Assembly (NCBI GenBank): GCA_030141605.1
Contig: JAQGDQ010000059.1
Location: 682,001-746,000 of the forward strand
Direction: 5' to 3'
Origin: Tubiluchus corallicola
Lineage: Eukaryota > Animalia > Priapulida
DNA: 64,000 nucleotides
A model generated the notes under the pieces. It worked only from the letters and a program-made list of their open reading frames with translations. It was not told the origin of the DNA and searched no databases. Position numbers and translations under genes: made by a program. Shown one piece after another: positions 1-14,800 of this stretch (its first letter is position 1; every line of letters begins with the position of its first letter).

Positions 1-589
1 TAGAACTGATAGTAAAACCACTGTTTTTATGGATCGCAAAATTAGAAACTTGACAACAATTGTATAAACATTATTAACACAGCCTGGAATATTTGTTTTA
101 GGAAGCTATGGCAATTGCCATACCGTGCTCACAGATACGTACTATCTCAGTGGAATTATGCCACCTAGTTACCAGTTTGATATTAGATTTCCTGAATTTT
201 ATGCATCATGTCTTGTTGTGAACAGTGCCTTTTAATTTTTTTGCGAAAAAAGCAATTAATTTCACAAACTCTACTTTGGGTCACAACTACCAACTGATAT
301 AAATATAACAACAATCGAGATATGTATAAGGTTAAAAGTCTAACATCATATATAAGGCAGATTTCCTGTAAAGGCGTTTATAATTTGACAAATCAGCAGA
401 GCAAGAATGAACTTAACCCTAACTGGATATGTCAAAATTAAGTAATGTATTCTTTTTATTGTACATCCTTAACTAACAACAATATTGTTTAGTGTCTTTT
501 TTATTCAATTTTTTATAATGTGTTAATATTTTTATTTTTCCATGCCACTAACAACTTGAAAATTGTACTATGCAATTTCGAAATAAGTC

Positions 590-761
<172 letters not shown>

Positions 762-1439
762 CACATACTTACATTAGTTTAGTTCTTGATGGTCTTGGAT
801 CTCGGAAACAGCAAATTCTGAAAGCTAGGAGCAGAAAGCTACCAGTAAACATTCCATTCACAGTAATTTTTTAATATATTTTTATTTCATGAGTAGAATT
901 ACTCACTCAGAAAAAGCACCTGTTGGAATGATCATGGTGATGATAAATCTTTTTATTTGTAAATATATATATATATATATATACAAGGCCTCTATTTGCA
1001 AGCCAAAATTTAGAGCGTTAATTAATATACCAAAATATGCAAAATCATATGTTAAAATCAATTTAAAAATATACCATATTCAATACTAACAATATTTTCC
1101 AATAACAACTATAAGAAGCCATACATTTTAAAATAAAATTAACGCAAAATAATGAATATACAATGAACAAGGCAGTAAAGGAAGTTACGTATGCAATAAA
1201 CTGTAAGATTAAGTAGTCCTAACATTTGTAGTTATAGTGTGTACAATATAAGCATCAGTAATTACGTGATAACAAAAGCATCAATCAAGTTCTTGCTTTG
1301 CTTAGTACTCAGTTTCACTTAGTAAGGAAGCAACCAGGACCTAATTGCTTTTATTAATGATGCAGTGTACCGTGCCTCTAATCTTTGGATCTTTATGTTG
1401 CTCGCTAAAATGGCGTGGTCTAGTCCTTTTTAATAAATT

Positions 1440-1560
1440 ATGGCTGGGGGAGGTTTACGCAAGGGCCAACAAACAGCTAAAGGGGCTAGGGGAGCGTTGT
1501 AAGCTCCACCAACGAGGGCCAGGTCGGTCATGCGTTTTGTTGCATTTGGGACATTTTCGA
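1440..1560. mobile_element. Degenerate internal fragment of a GC-rich non-autonomous DNA transposon
   Basis: ggggctaggggagcgttgtaagctcc resembles a motif I recall from invertebrate hAT-type MITEs; termini not resolved. Confidence 0.35.
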
Positions 1561-1870
1561 TGCATCTAAGAGCAGTTTTTGTGTTTTAGAACTGATTTTG
1601 GTTGAAACAAATAACCTCAGTATTTACAATGTTTTTACAGACTTTGAATCATTACTTAAAGGACGATTTAATCAACTTTGCGTTGCAGATAATGTTCAGA
1701 AAGAATGTCTTTGTATCTTTTCTGCGTTAATGGCTTTTAAGACATCTGAGAGCGCTTCTAATTCAATTTTTTACACGTTTCGGCTTTTGTCTTTATCGAA
1801 TTTGTAATTATAATTGTCGAACTTCAGTCAAAGCAATTACAATCAATAAAGCTATAAGCAAATGCGTCTA

Positions 1871-2062
1871 AGACATAGACATAGACATAGATATTTTATT
1901 TATCTCCTCATTTACACGAGAATACAAATAGACTATTATTGCTATAGTTATTAATTAATCAAGATAGATTATGCAGGAAAGAGATAAATAAAGGAAAGAG
2001 TTAATGGGGTGCAGGAGAAAGGGTTGCGAAAAACCAATTGGTCATCAAGTCAGCTACCCTTT
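1871..2062 (-). mobile_element. 3' tail of a CR1/L2-like LINE
   Basis: On minus: GC-rich stretch, then AATAAA followed by a (TCTATG)3 tandem tail. Confidence 0.45.
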
Positions 2063-3214
2063 TCAGATTAGTGTAAATGGTAAAAAAAATTGTAGCGCTG
2101 CTAATTAAACCGTGTAATATAATTATGAAGTAAGATAAGAAAATCAACTGTTGACATAAATTTATAAAAGTTAACAGAAATTAAACGTGAAAGCCAAATA
2201 GTGTATACAACAACGAAGCATTAAGGTAAAATGGAAAATATGCAATGATGATCAACCTAATATGTAAAGCATTTAACTAACTGATTAAAACATAAACAAA
2301 CTAGAAGATCAAGTCAAACCAAAAGAAGAAAATAGAACATAAATAAAAAATCTGTGAATGAAACAAAATATGCATGATAAAATCAAACTAAATATAATGA
2401 AACGAAAATATGCAATAGTGTTTAATCAAATTATGTTAAGCCTAATGCCGAAAGGGCTACGGAATACAAGAACTAATACAGAGAAGAAGTGGAGTAAACA
2501 AAATATGTAATGAAATATAAGTATGTGACTAAACAGACAATATGACTCAACAAAAAATATAATAAAACTTAATGATAACTGTGAAACAATGAGCAAAATA
2601 ATATAATAAAGTGAATATATGTAGTGAGAAAAGCATAATATGCAAGCAAAAACATAAGTGGAGCAGATAAAAATTATAAAATTTATGTATGAACAAAGTG
2701 TTGGAGCTGCTGAATTTGTTTGAAAATTATGTAAGACCAGTACAATTATAATTCGGCCTATTGTATTGCGTGTTTACTTTCCCTTTTCATAGCTGCGAAG
2801 AAATAATAATAACAATTATACATTTTGATGAAAAGATTTAATATGACAATATAATTATAGTTAAAACATGAGTACAGGGGGAATACATTAAAACTAACAG
2901 AGATGATTTATTAGAAATAGACCTTAGCAAAAGGAGGTTAAGAGTAGTATATTACGGCTTTACAACACTTATAGAACGGTCTAGACCATTCTGCTTAACA
3001 GCAATAAAATAAGCAAAAACATTCATTTAAAGTAACTCTGTACTGCATCAGTGTATGCTAAAAATAAGCAAAATATCCATCAAGAACTCGGGCTGCTAAT
3101 AGATGTTTTGCAGGCGTATTTATCTTGTGTGGTTGTCATTAACAATTTATTTTTGTGGGCTAAGAAAATAATACCTCTTTTTTTCCACTGATACAATAGT
3201 ATTATACTACACTA

Positions 3215-3300
3215 CGGCAGTGCTACTGCTTGACTGCCGATTTGAGGCTTGTTGGTTCGAATCCCAGTCTTGATGGTTTGTGAACTGGAAAGCGCATCTC
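3215..3300 (+). mobile_element. tRNA-derived SINE remnant
   Basis: Perfect B-box GGTTCGAATCC at 3254-3264; no complete cloverleaf. Confidence 0.45.
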
Positions 3301-5574
3301 TTCGACATTTATTCTAATACAGAAAAGAGTCTAGTAAGTGAATATGCAGGATATTCCACGTCCCACGACATCAGTAATATCTAATTCATGAAACCAAACC
3401 CTGTTGTTATCAAATTCACGCATTTAAAGTGGTTAAGGTTAATTTTTAACTGTGCATAACAGCATTAATAATATTATTTCCGTGAAAAAATACTTATACA
3501 GCCTACACAAGAAGTGCTAAAGGAAATGTTGTCCATAAAGTGCTAAGTACGGACTATATAGCATTGGTCCCAATTCCAGGCAGCAGAGTTTCAAAGTCGG
3601 ACTTTCGCCCAACGCTTGAGCGATTGTTTCAAACTATCTGTGAATAACTTTGGGACAATTTATTGAATTTTGGCAAACATGTTTTAAAACAAACGTAATT
3701 AATACTACTGCTGTACTGATTCTCATTCAAATATGAAAAAAGTCAGTGAATTAAAAGAAAGTGGAAAATGCCCAACTGTAACAGTATTACAAAAATCCAG
3801 ACTTTGGGTGGTAAGAGGAAGGCCTGTTGCCTCGAAAAAAATCATAAACCAAACAGTAAAACGCCCAATTTTGCTATAATTGGTAAATTCGAATCTGTTT
3901 CAGCAAAATAAGAAATGTGTAATCACACTATCAGGTCATTTATAGGACTAATGACTTTAGGGGTTTCCCGACGACTTTTAATTGATGAATGAAATTTTTT
4001 GTCATCACTTCCCGATTTTCTATGTTCCCGTGTGGCTTGGTGTTCCGAGTTCAATGTTCGCGTCAAGGTCACGCTCTTGTAAGCCAAGCACTCTGGCTCT
4101 AAACTACTGCTTTAAGTATTTTCAAGCGCGTTTATAACTACAGCTAGCTAACTTCTCAAAAATAGAAGTTGCCAAAATTGCACGGCGATTGTCTGAAATA
4201 TATTAACTTTTAAAAGTGAATTCAAAAAGCCGAGCGCGTAAGATGAAATTTTGCTCACATTTCTACTGCAGCTGTGTTCAAAAAATTTTCCGCGAGGTTA
4301 GATGGCTGGCCAGCTGCCAGTAAGAGTCCAAGAAATCGAAGACAAACTGTATGACTGATAAAAATTTTGTTTACTATTTTCTAAAGGATTATGTACATGA
4401 GAATTAGCTGCAGTTGATATTGGATGCGCCTAGTTACATTCTAAACAACATAATTGAAATTTTGAAAAGCTAATAAATAAATAATGAATAAATTACTTTG
4501 GGAGCAATTTGTTCATGTTTGGTAATCACATTAGTATTACATAGTTCGTAGCAGTTCATAAAATCGCCAGTTTTAACTTCAGAATCGAATATGTCGATTT
4601 GCTCAGTATGAAATTTCTCACATACTCTGCTGACGTATTAGATAGAAGTAAGTAAGTAAACTTTATTTCGAACTAAATGTTCATAGAACACACGTAATAC
4701 ATGTACACATAAAGTCTACATAAAAGTAATTTACATGGAACTTATACACGTAATAAAATATAAGGATTAGAGGAGATAAAGAAATAAAATACAATGGTTC
4801 TTAGCAAATATTCATGAATTATAAAGATTACAGTACTACGTTTGCAAATTCTTGAGTTGTTGTTACGACACTTAGCTGATTGCAACATCTTGTGGCCGCT
4901 GCCTATGATGTGTGGCACGGTGGCAGTTTCTTGAATATATGAATTATGTAATTATCGCAGCAATTATTTACTCCGAATTATGCCTATATCCTTATTAATA
5001 TCTCCAGGGCTATCCTGCCTATATGAAAAGAATTTCAGTGGAAATGGTGGGCCATTTCTAAATCAAAAACGAATAAAAACATCAACGACAGCTTCAGCTT
5101 TTTTATGTCATTTCATTAGCTGTGACACAGAAAAGTTATGTATTATTATTCATGACAGTATAGGCTAACTGTTAATTTCGTTTATGCATTTCAATTTTTA
5201 CACATAATAGACTAGTGGGCTCTTTGCCTATTTCACAATCAACAGCAGTATGTCCATAATTTCATAAAAATGTTGTAACGATAGGGCAAAATACCTACTG
5301 GAGTCATTGATTTAACTTATGTAATTATAATACATATTTTCTGCATTGGGTTTGAAAAACGTATGCAATGATTTCTAAATTTGTTGAATTAATCGGCTAA
5401 TTATAAGGGTGAACATTTACTTTTAATTAGAAGTCTGGAACTTTTTTAAATAAGCAAATTTCACTACTTATTATCGTAAATTCAGCACGTGCAGCATGCG
5501 TGATAGAAACTGTAGTATTCTCAGCTCTTAGGCTACTGTAGATTCTTGGCTGTCTGCCAGGGCGTATTTTGTAC

Positions 5575-5645
5575 GGAGCCAATCAACAGTAGCGTTTTTT
5601 CCTGTTACCCAATGAGAACTGATCTAACATCGATACACGTGAACA
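5575..5645 (+). promoter_or_regulatory. Probable core promoter of the SLC25A36-like gene
   Basis: Two CCAAT boxes 30 bp apart (5579, 5609) and a CACGTG E-box (5636), about 170-230 bp upstream of the ATG, in locally CpG-containing sequence. Confidence 0.55.
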
Positions 5646-5806
5646 CCTCGTGCATTTGTTATGTGGTAGGTTTATTTCGAGGATTGCGGTAATGGTTTAT
5701 CAAGTTTCTGAAAGCTGGGAAGATTTGGGTAAAATATAAACCGTCAAGAGTGATAAATGTGTTTTAAAGTGAAACAGCGTAGATAGTATGTTTGAACTCA
5801 CAAGCT

Positions 5807-5850
5807 ATGATAATATTAGACGACAAAATAGTGCATTTAATTGCTGGAGG
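5807..5850 (+). CDS. SLC25A36: SLC25A36-like exon 1 ([15 protein letters not shown])
   Basis: ATG at 5807; HLIAGG helix-1 motif; donor GG|GTAAGT; phase 2 matches exon 2. Confidence 0.85.
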
Positions 5851-8800
5851 GTAAGTGTCGGATTTCTGACTTCGTTAATAGGCTGTGTACCGTATTGTAA
5901 AATCAGTAAGATTACCTACGCAGTCAAGTAATTATGTTAAAGATAACAGTCCGTTGAGCATTAGGTCTATTGTAGATCGTAGAGATGTTTTGAAAAACGT
6001 TTGGACATTTGTGTGTAGGTTTTACTAGCTTTACATAGTAATAGTATATACATATAAATAATAGTTTACATATATATATATATGCTTAGCAAACCGAAAT
6101 AGTGAAAAAGTATTCATAATATATTTATTTACTTTCCAAATTTTTTGTTACACAGTAGGCATTTGGATACATTCACAGTGGCATGGCAGTTTATTATGTA
6201 TTTTTAGGCATCCTAATGACAAGTCCGTTTGTTTGCTAGCATTTTAAAGTACAAATTTCATTTTCACATGGTAATTTTATGCCTTATCTAAGATGTTTGG
6301 CAGGCAGTTTCTGATTCCAAGACTTGGTTGTGCTTGGTATTACTAAGATACATGTATACAAGATATACAAGATATCATTGTATTCGAAGCCTAGAGCCTT
6401 GAGTCTCAGATTAGTGTTATGAGAGTTAACTTTACAGTTGATTTTATCAGATTTGCATTGTATGAAAAATCATACTTATTATATTTAAAAGGTAGTTGAA
6501 AAAATTTGCATTTTTATAGTTGTATACTGCAACAAATAGCATGGCACACCTTATAATTGCCATTTTATATGTCTTGTGGGATAATTTAATGGTTTCTGTG
6601 CTCATTTGGAGGGTTGCAGCACATCCACAATTCTACAATAACAGGGAAATAAATATAAAAAATAAAATATAAGGAAGTCTGTCCTACATTTAAATGGGCA
6701 TTGTCACCTATTAAAGGAAAACAGAATGATTTCGTATACTACCGCATTTTGGAGTAAATTATATATGTTAACACCTGTAATAATGCCAAAGTGTTTCTGA
6801 TAATTAAAAATCACAACTGAACATAATTTTTAACAGAATAAACATTCCACGAGTGGGTTGCACAATTTAAAATTGAAGTGAATTGCTTCTGTACAACTTT
6901 CAATGTAATACACAAAAGCTGAGCAAAATTTTAATTTAAAAAATTTAGATTTTAAGTTTACTGAACTGAGAGATACAATGCCTGTTTTTTGTGCAACGCA
7001 TTTCCGAGATGCAGGCTCTATGTCCACTTAAATAGCAAATGACAAAATGCATGTAAGTGGGTGCGAACGTAAAATTAAACTTCAGTGCTAATAATTCTTT
7101 CACATAAGTCACTCTTAAAAAGTCTAAATGAAACTATTTTATTCTCTTTCAATATATTATACATTAGATTATTTTTTAGCTATAATATAAAATTGGATCC
7201 TGTTACCCTTTCAAAGTATAACACTGAAATTCTTTTCAAACTGATAATGTTCTCTTGTCCATTAACTTGGTAAGAATTATTATCTTAAATTTCATTCCAA
7301 GAAACTTGGCTTAGAATTAATTTGTTTACATTAGAATGGTGGCATATTTGTAGAACTCTGCATTTAATGAGCACCAAAGATCTTGTTTTTTATTTGTAAA
7401 TTATGCAATTCATTGTGAGATTTTTTCGCATAACCATATGGTGAAGGTATTCGTATCATATATTAACGTCATACCTCGTAAGTCGGTGGCCTAGATTTGT
7501 GATCTGATAGCACCACACATGAATGTGATAGTTAGCTGCATAGACCTATGTATGCTAGATCAAACCAAGAATTCATTTGGTGCATAATGTAGTTTTATTT
7601 GATAAAAACTGATATTTTGGAAGGGTGGTTTAAAATGTATCCACCAGTTGAACATAACAAAATTTCATTTTGCTAATGTATATTTATATGGAAAATATCT
7701 TTGATTTGCCCACGTCTTGATGTTTAAGAATGAATTTCAAATTCTCTTGTGGCATAAGCATCTATGGTGCTTTAAAACATTTAGAGTTTGCGCTTACCTA
7801 CCATAAATTGCTAGCAGTTTTCTCATTGTAAAACAATTGAGTGCTATATTACTGTTAATGTATGCATTTATTTTGGAAGTGGGAAAATTTAACTTTAGCT
7901 ATAGTAAATTCTTGTGAGTGAGAGTAATGCTTTAAAACATCAGTAGGTATAGAAAAGAATACATTATAAAATTTTATAATGCTGATTATTATGTGTTTTT
8001 TTATTACTAGCGCTGGCGGTACAGCCGGAGCCATTGTAACCTGTCCACTTGAAGTAGTGAAAACCCGTTTACAGTCGTCAGTCGCGACGTTCGAAACTCG
8101 AACTCCTGTGGTGCATCATGCGTCTCCTAGTCATTCTGTTCGTCACCAGCTAGTTGGGTATAACTGGTGCACGTGTGGTGTGTCCACATCAACCAACCCC
8201 CTCTCACGACAAAGACCTCAACCTGGAATCATTGGTTGCCTAAGGTGTGTTGCACTGATTGCACTGATCATTTCAAGCAATTCATCTAGTAATGTACATA
8301 GGGCTATAGTGAGAGTAACAATTTATGTTCACTTCGAATTTTCTTAAACATGTTTAAAAAAAACATTACTGTTATTTTGTAATCAATTTTACGGATTCAT
8401 AGATTGATGTATATCAAACTCTGTGCAAACTCTTCCTTTGAACCCAGCTCTACAATAACTATAGTTGTTCGTGAACTTCTGAGTGCAGAGGTATTATATA
8501 AAAGTGGTGTACTGGTAATTCAAGTAAAATTTTTGTGATATGTTAACTTTTTCAGGTATATAATAGTAAATGAAGGTCCAAGAGCATTGTTTAAAGGCCT
8601 TGGCCCAAACTTGGTTGGAGTGGCACCCTCCAGGTATGAAATATGTTGTTTCATACAACTTGCATTTCAAAAATTAAAGGAAGTAATTTAATATTTTCCC
8701 TGGCTTTGACAAATTTTTCTCTTAAATTAGTATGAGCGATTCTCCTGTAATAATTGGTTTTAACACAGATTTTGTTCTGATAAGATTGGAAAAAATTGTT

Positions 8801-11800
8801 GGACGTGCTATAATTTCTTATGTACATATTTTATTTCTGAAATAGCTCAACTATTCATTATTTTAACAATATAATTCATCAAAATTTCAACATGTTCTAA
8901 TACATTTTACACAAATACCTAATACAAATTCATGAAGTACATATTATTTCCCATTAACTAATAAAAAAATAAAATGTCACATCATAAACATAACTCTGCC
9001 TTTGTATTTCCCAATACTGGTAGTTATGCATCGTAAAATTATTTCAACAAATTGTGATGTAAATAAAAATGTTAATGCTTTCACTGAACCCCATAGAACG
9101 TATACACTACAACTATCTCCTACAATTTGCATACAAATACCAAAAAAGTAGAACAAAGTAGGGGTCTGCAAGAGCTTAGTCTTGTCTCGTGTCTCGTGAG
9201 AAATCATATTTCTTCTCTCTTCTTAATGGATTATAATGATCAAGAAACAAGAAATGATCATGGCAGTTCTTGGTTTTCTAAAGTTTTCTTTACTTACCTA
9301 ACTGAATTATCCTAATTCGTCATCACAACACGGATTAATAATTTTGTTGTTGTTTGTGATATTGATAGCATTTCGTGCCATCTCGAGTATGCAAGACAAG
9401 GTACCTTTTCTTCAGTAAATATAGTTGCATTTTTCTAATGATATCTCTTCTCTTTTCGAGTTGTCGCGGTCAACTAGGCTAGAACAAAGGTCTACAAACT
9501 ACAAACCTTAGCGAATATGGTTCTTTGGCAATGGTGGCAAGTGTAAACAAGAAAACAAACATGGTTTTGGAAAGTAGCTGTGTTGGAAACCGAGGAAACT
9601 TAATTTACATTTTGTCCGTCATTAATTTATTATTTTTCTTTCTAGGGCCATCTACTTCTCAGCATATTCAAATACCAAAAACTTCCTCAATAGTGTTGTT
9701 ACACCGGACACTCCTCTGGTCCACATGGGATCCGCATGTAGTGCTGGTATGTACTACTTGTAAATCAGTAGAATATTGTTTATTACGGTCGGTGTATCCT
9801 ACTTAAATTAACCTCCTGGTGCAATCCAAGATTACTGGTGTGGTTCTATGGAGCATAGTATGAGGTAACAGCTAGTAGAAAGAGTGTTAACAAGCAGTTT
9901 TCCAGAATTACACTTGTCAGTTAAATCATTGTACATAAATTTGTAAGCTGATTGCTAATTTGATTAATTAGTTGTTAGTTTATTAGATTTATTTTATTAA
10001 ATCGGGATACATTTCAAGGTCGACCATCAAATACGTGAATTAATTCTGGCATTAAATCATGCTACCTAAATTGATTTTAGCTTTAAAATTATGATGACTG
10101 TGTTGACTTATTCCTATCAGTTCTAATAGACTAGATTATTCCTATTGAAAACCTTTTAGTCTCGTCCACATTTATATGTTACGCTAATGGGATTATACTT
10201 TTTACAAAACTGCTAAACAAGAAATTTCGTATGCTCCAAATTTAGAAGTGTGTAGGCAAACTAAACTGTTTAAGTGTTTACAAGGTGTACTTTGTGAGCT
10301 CTAGTTATAAAAGTGCTATTTTTTTAAATAATAGCATTTTAACAAGCTTCTTAAAGTTGTACACAATGTACAGATACAAACAAAACTGTAAAGATACAAG
10401 ATACCCGTTTTCAAGAGTAATCACTTATTTTCTGTTTGCTCTAGAAAATGGGAATCTTGTATCTTCATTTATATTACACAATTTTGTATTGTGACGATTG
10501 CAAGATTGCAGTGCAACAGGAATAAAGAATAACAATATTTTCGTATTAATAAGAAGTTCTAATTTAGCTTTTTTTGGAAATACACTGTGTTTTATAATAG
10601 TCATATTGCATTTTAACTAGTGAAGGAACATTGCCTAATGTTTATCAATTTCTGACAAGATGTATTTAATTTTTCATTATTTTTAATTTGCTAGTACAAG
10701 TTTTTTCAGTATCTATTTTTGTGTTGATGCTTGGGTGTTGAATGGAAGTTTAAAAGTGGAAGTAAATTTTGGTAGTTTTCTGACAATTTGTAGACACAAA
10801 ATGTCTCACAGCTTAACATGTTTTATATTCAAACTAAATAGTTTCTGAAGTAAAAACTGTTGAAATCCTGCTGAAAATAATTTATGATTAGTAAACTGCG
10901 ACCAGATTTACTCCATCTGCTTGAATCTGTAACGGTGTACTAACAGAAAAAACTTCAGCCAGTTCTTGCTAGTGTGGGCTGTACAAGCTAGATTTAGCCA
11001 GTTGCAACCAGGCCAAGGCTGGGACAATCTTAACGCACATTCATTGCCACTGTTTGTCAACTTATGTTGAACTACACACTCTCAACTGTTTTTACAAACG
11101 CCATTGTAGGTGATGCGAGTATATAACAGCTAAGAACTTAGATTCATTTCTTGTTTTTATTTTTTAACTCAAGTTTATTCAGTCAACTATCAGGGTATTG
11201 GCAAAATGATGAGACAGACAGTACTACTACAAATTGCCTACAATTTAACAAAGGTGATGACGATTAATTAGAATTGCTTGCACAATAAAAAAATCTTTAC
11301 AGAGTAAAGTAATTAATTTCACGCACAGTTAACTGATAATAAGCGTATAACGCTTTGATGTATACAAACATGCAAATTTAGTTCTTTCATATCTTATAAA
11401 CAAGTTGGTAGGGCATATGATGTTAGCCTTTAAATGATGAATAACAGTATAAATGCATTTCAGTTGAATCTAATTTGGCTGTTGTCCAAGGTGAGCTTTC
11501 ACTAATTAATGCAATTACTTTCTGAAATAATGGGCTCTCATTTAAGGAGTGTAAATTATTTAGCAAAAAAATAGTTTGGTAGGTTTCAGTGAGACATGGT
11601 ATTCCTTTTTGTTCATCAGATGAATTGGCACACAGCCAGCAGTTTGTGCTGTCTCAACAAACTCAGGTTACTAAGTAAATATTCAAAAAAGTTGAATGTT
11701 TACATTACTGTACATGTACTTTGAACACATGCTGTAAATGTAAACGTGTAACAACTAATATTAAAATACATTCAAATGTAAACTATATTTTGTATTGGAG

Positions 11801-14800
11801 ATTTTTATTAGCACCCATAACAATTATAACAGGGTGAATAACAGATAATAAGATTAATTAACATTCATTACAACTTGGGTTAGAAGTGTTAAGTCTATGT
11901 GTAGAAATTTGAAGTTAATTTATATGTAATTTATTGGAACAACCTATAAAGACTGTTTTCTTTTTTAGGTTTCATCTCATGCACAGCAACAAATCCAATA
12001 TGGTTTGTGAAGACACGTTTACAGCTTGATCAAAGGTTTGTTGAAGTTTGGCAAAGCCTTAGTGGATGTCAACAGACATCAAATGATAGCATTTGTACTG
12101 TACTCAGTATACTGTCCTTGTAATGTGACTGATCTAGTGTAGTTGTGTTGGCTCTTGCTTGGTATTTACTAGGTGATTAGGATGAACATGAATGATACTC
12201 GAGATATTCTCTGGCCACACTGTTAGTTCGGACTTTCATATATTGTGGTGAAAATTTAAATGATGCCCCTTCACCTTGCACACTCATTTACATTTTCTAA
12301 ATAAAGTCCACTCAATCTAGTTCTCATTTTTAGATCATCCCGTGAAGAAATCGAAACAGAATTGTATTCACTTGTTCTTAGTACAGAAAAACATGCGTTT
12401 AATATACTAAAATTGCCCACACTCAAATTGCTCGAAATCCTTCAGAACTGCAAAAAACTGTTGGCGAATACCAAAAATGGGAATTTTACTATAACTCAGC
12501 AGAATCATGTGTAAAAGATTAAACACCAACAGTTAAACTCCGGATACACCCCTGTTTTTAAAGTCAAAGAAAACAACAATACTGAAATTTCTAACAAACG
12601 TCTCAGAACCCTAAAAGTGAAAAATATATCCACCAATAACAAAAACAGGTTTCCTGTTCTAACTAAATAAATGTGGCTAAGGTTTTACCCACACTCGTGT
12701 TTTTAAGGTCAGTTAATGTGATGAGCGTATATACATCATAATAATCAAAAAAATGTCGAAATAGCTAATTTCATATCTATGCTGCCTGACAAATTTTAAT
12801 GCAAAAATAACCAGTAAGGTGTACAGAGTAATCTTTTAAGAGGAAAAAGAAGCCATCAATGCTATAATAGTATACATATACATTAAAAAAAGAAGCCTTA
12901 ATTGCCCTTGAAGACACATGCAGATGGTTTATAGTCAGTTTAAGCACGGCCCAGTATATATAATTTACGGTCCACTTACTTATATGTGCAATGGGCCAAC
13001 ATCTGAATAATTTTCACCCAACATGTACACTGTATATGGAACATTCAAGACATTCAGATCTTAAATTCTACAGAACAAGAGTTCATGCTTTGAATGGAAC
13101 ATTCAATGTTGAATGATATTATAAACATTGAAATGGTTTGCATCTTTGCTAACAGAGGAGACAGGTCTGTGTATATACACCCGGTTGCATCTGATACAAG
13201 ACTGATTGTAAAAACTAACAACTAATGTTAATACCAAATGTTATATCTGCTAAATAACGAAATCAAGGAACTTAATATTGTTTTTAATAATTAGTAAATA
13301 ATGTGTATGCATGCATTAAGTGTTAAGTGAGTCTTGGTATGTTTTTTAACTATGTATTTGATTATTATGTTACTTGTAAGTAGTCAAAAACCCTTGAAAA
13401 TGGTGGGTACTGACTATTGTGAAAATAATACCTGCACAAAAACGTGCTCATATTCTCTGACCTTAAAAACATGGGCGTGTACAACTTTAGCCATATTTGG
13501 ACACTTTTTTACTCAGTTTCAGTGCAAAACTCCTTTTTTTGGTAATGGCAACCATATTTTTCATTTTTAAGATTCTAAGATGTTTTGATAATATTAGAAA
13601 AATCACTATTATTTTCTTTGACCTTAAAAACATAGGTGTATCACCAGTTTAGCCTTCTTTAGTCACTTTTTTGCTGAGTTATAGCAAAATTCGCATTTTT
13701 GGAAATGGCCCACAGTTTTTTACAATTTTAGGGTTTTCCACCTGCTTGTGCATGTTTAGTATGTTTTAGATTTTTTGTACGTTAATCAGCACATCTTTCT
13801 GTATCAGGTACAAGTGAAAGTATTTTTTGCAATTTGTTCGTGTGACAGCCATAATTTGACTAATATGTTATCACAAATTATATTTAAAAAATAAATGATG
13901 TGAAAGCTAACTTGTTACAAGGTTACTTGTTGTGTGGTAATGTAACACTACTTAGCACTTACTTCAGTGCTAAAGCAAATTATGGCCTGGTGTCATATGC
14001 AATTGAAATGTGGTTTATTTTTTATTATCCTTTGCAAATCTGACAAAAAGTTTTGTGCAAGAAGAATTATAAAATTGCTTAAGTTTTAACATGACTTTTC
14101 TTGATATTATAATGATGTAATATATAACACAATTACCTGAAATCCATGAAAGGTCTTAGAGTTAGAGCCTATATAAACAGTGTTAAATTTTTATAAATTA
14201 AGTTCTCATATGAAATTTGTCAGATGCGTCCAGTAGCTCTTTTTACTTGATATGTAAGTGTAGAACTAAGTGTCATGGCCTCAGTCATAAAAACTTTATT
14301 CATTAATTGAGACTGACCTTCAAAAAGCAAAGCAGCAAGAAAAGAATAAAGCTGCAGAGCAGTTACCAAATAAAAGATCAGAGCAGGGCAAGTATGTTGA
14401 TCAAGTTTTAAATAACGTGAAGAATTATTTTGGCAATTTTGTGAATGCATGTTTTTAACCCATGATCTCTTTCTTTTTAGCAAAGGTGCTAAGAAATACG
14501 GCCTACGGAGTTGTTTGAGAGATATTTACTATGAGGGTGGAATTCGTGCCTTCTATAAAGGCATATCTGCCTCGTACTATGGCATCTCAGAGACAGTGAT
14601 TCACTTTGTGATATATGAATATGTGAAAAGAAAACTGAGAGAGGCACGAGGTGGTTGCTCTTGTGATCAGAAAACTCCACGAGACTTTCTAGAATTTATG
14701 TTATCCGGTGCTGTATCAAAGACTTGTGCTTCCGTCATTGCCTATCCTCATGGTATGTTTCATTCTAGATATAATGCTTACATTATTGCCAGCATTAATG

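Noticed and set aside
3215-3290. Possible tRNA gene
   Set aside because: Only a B-box; no acceptor or D stems and no pol III terminator; better explained as a SINE.
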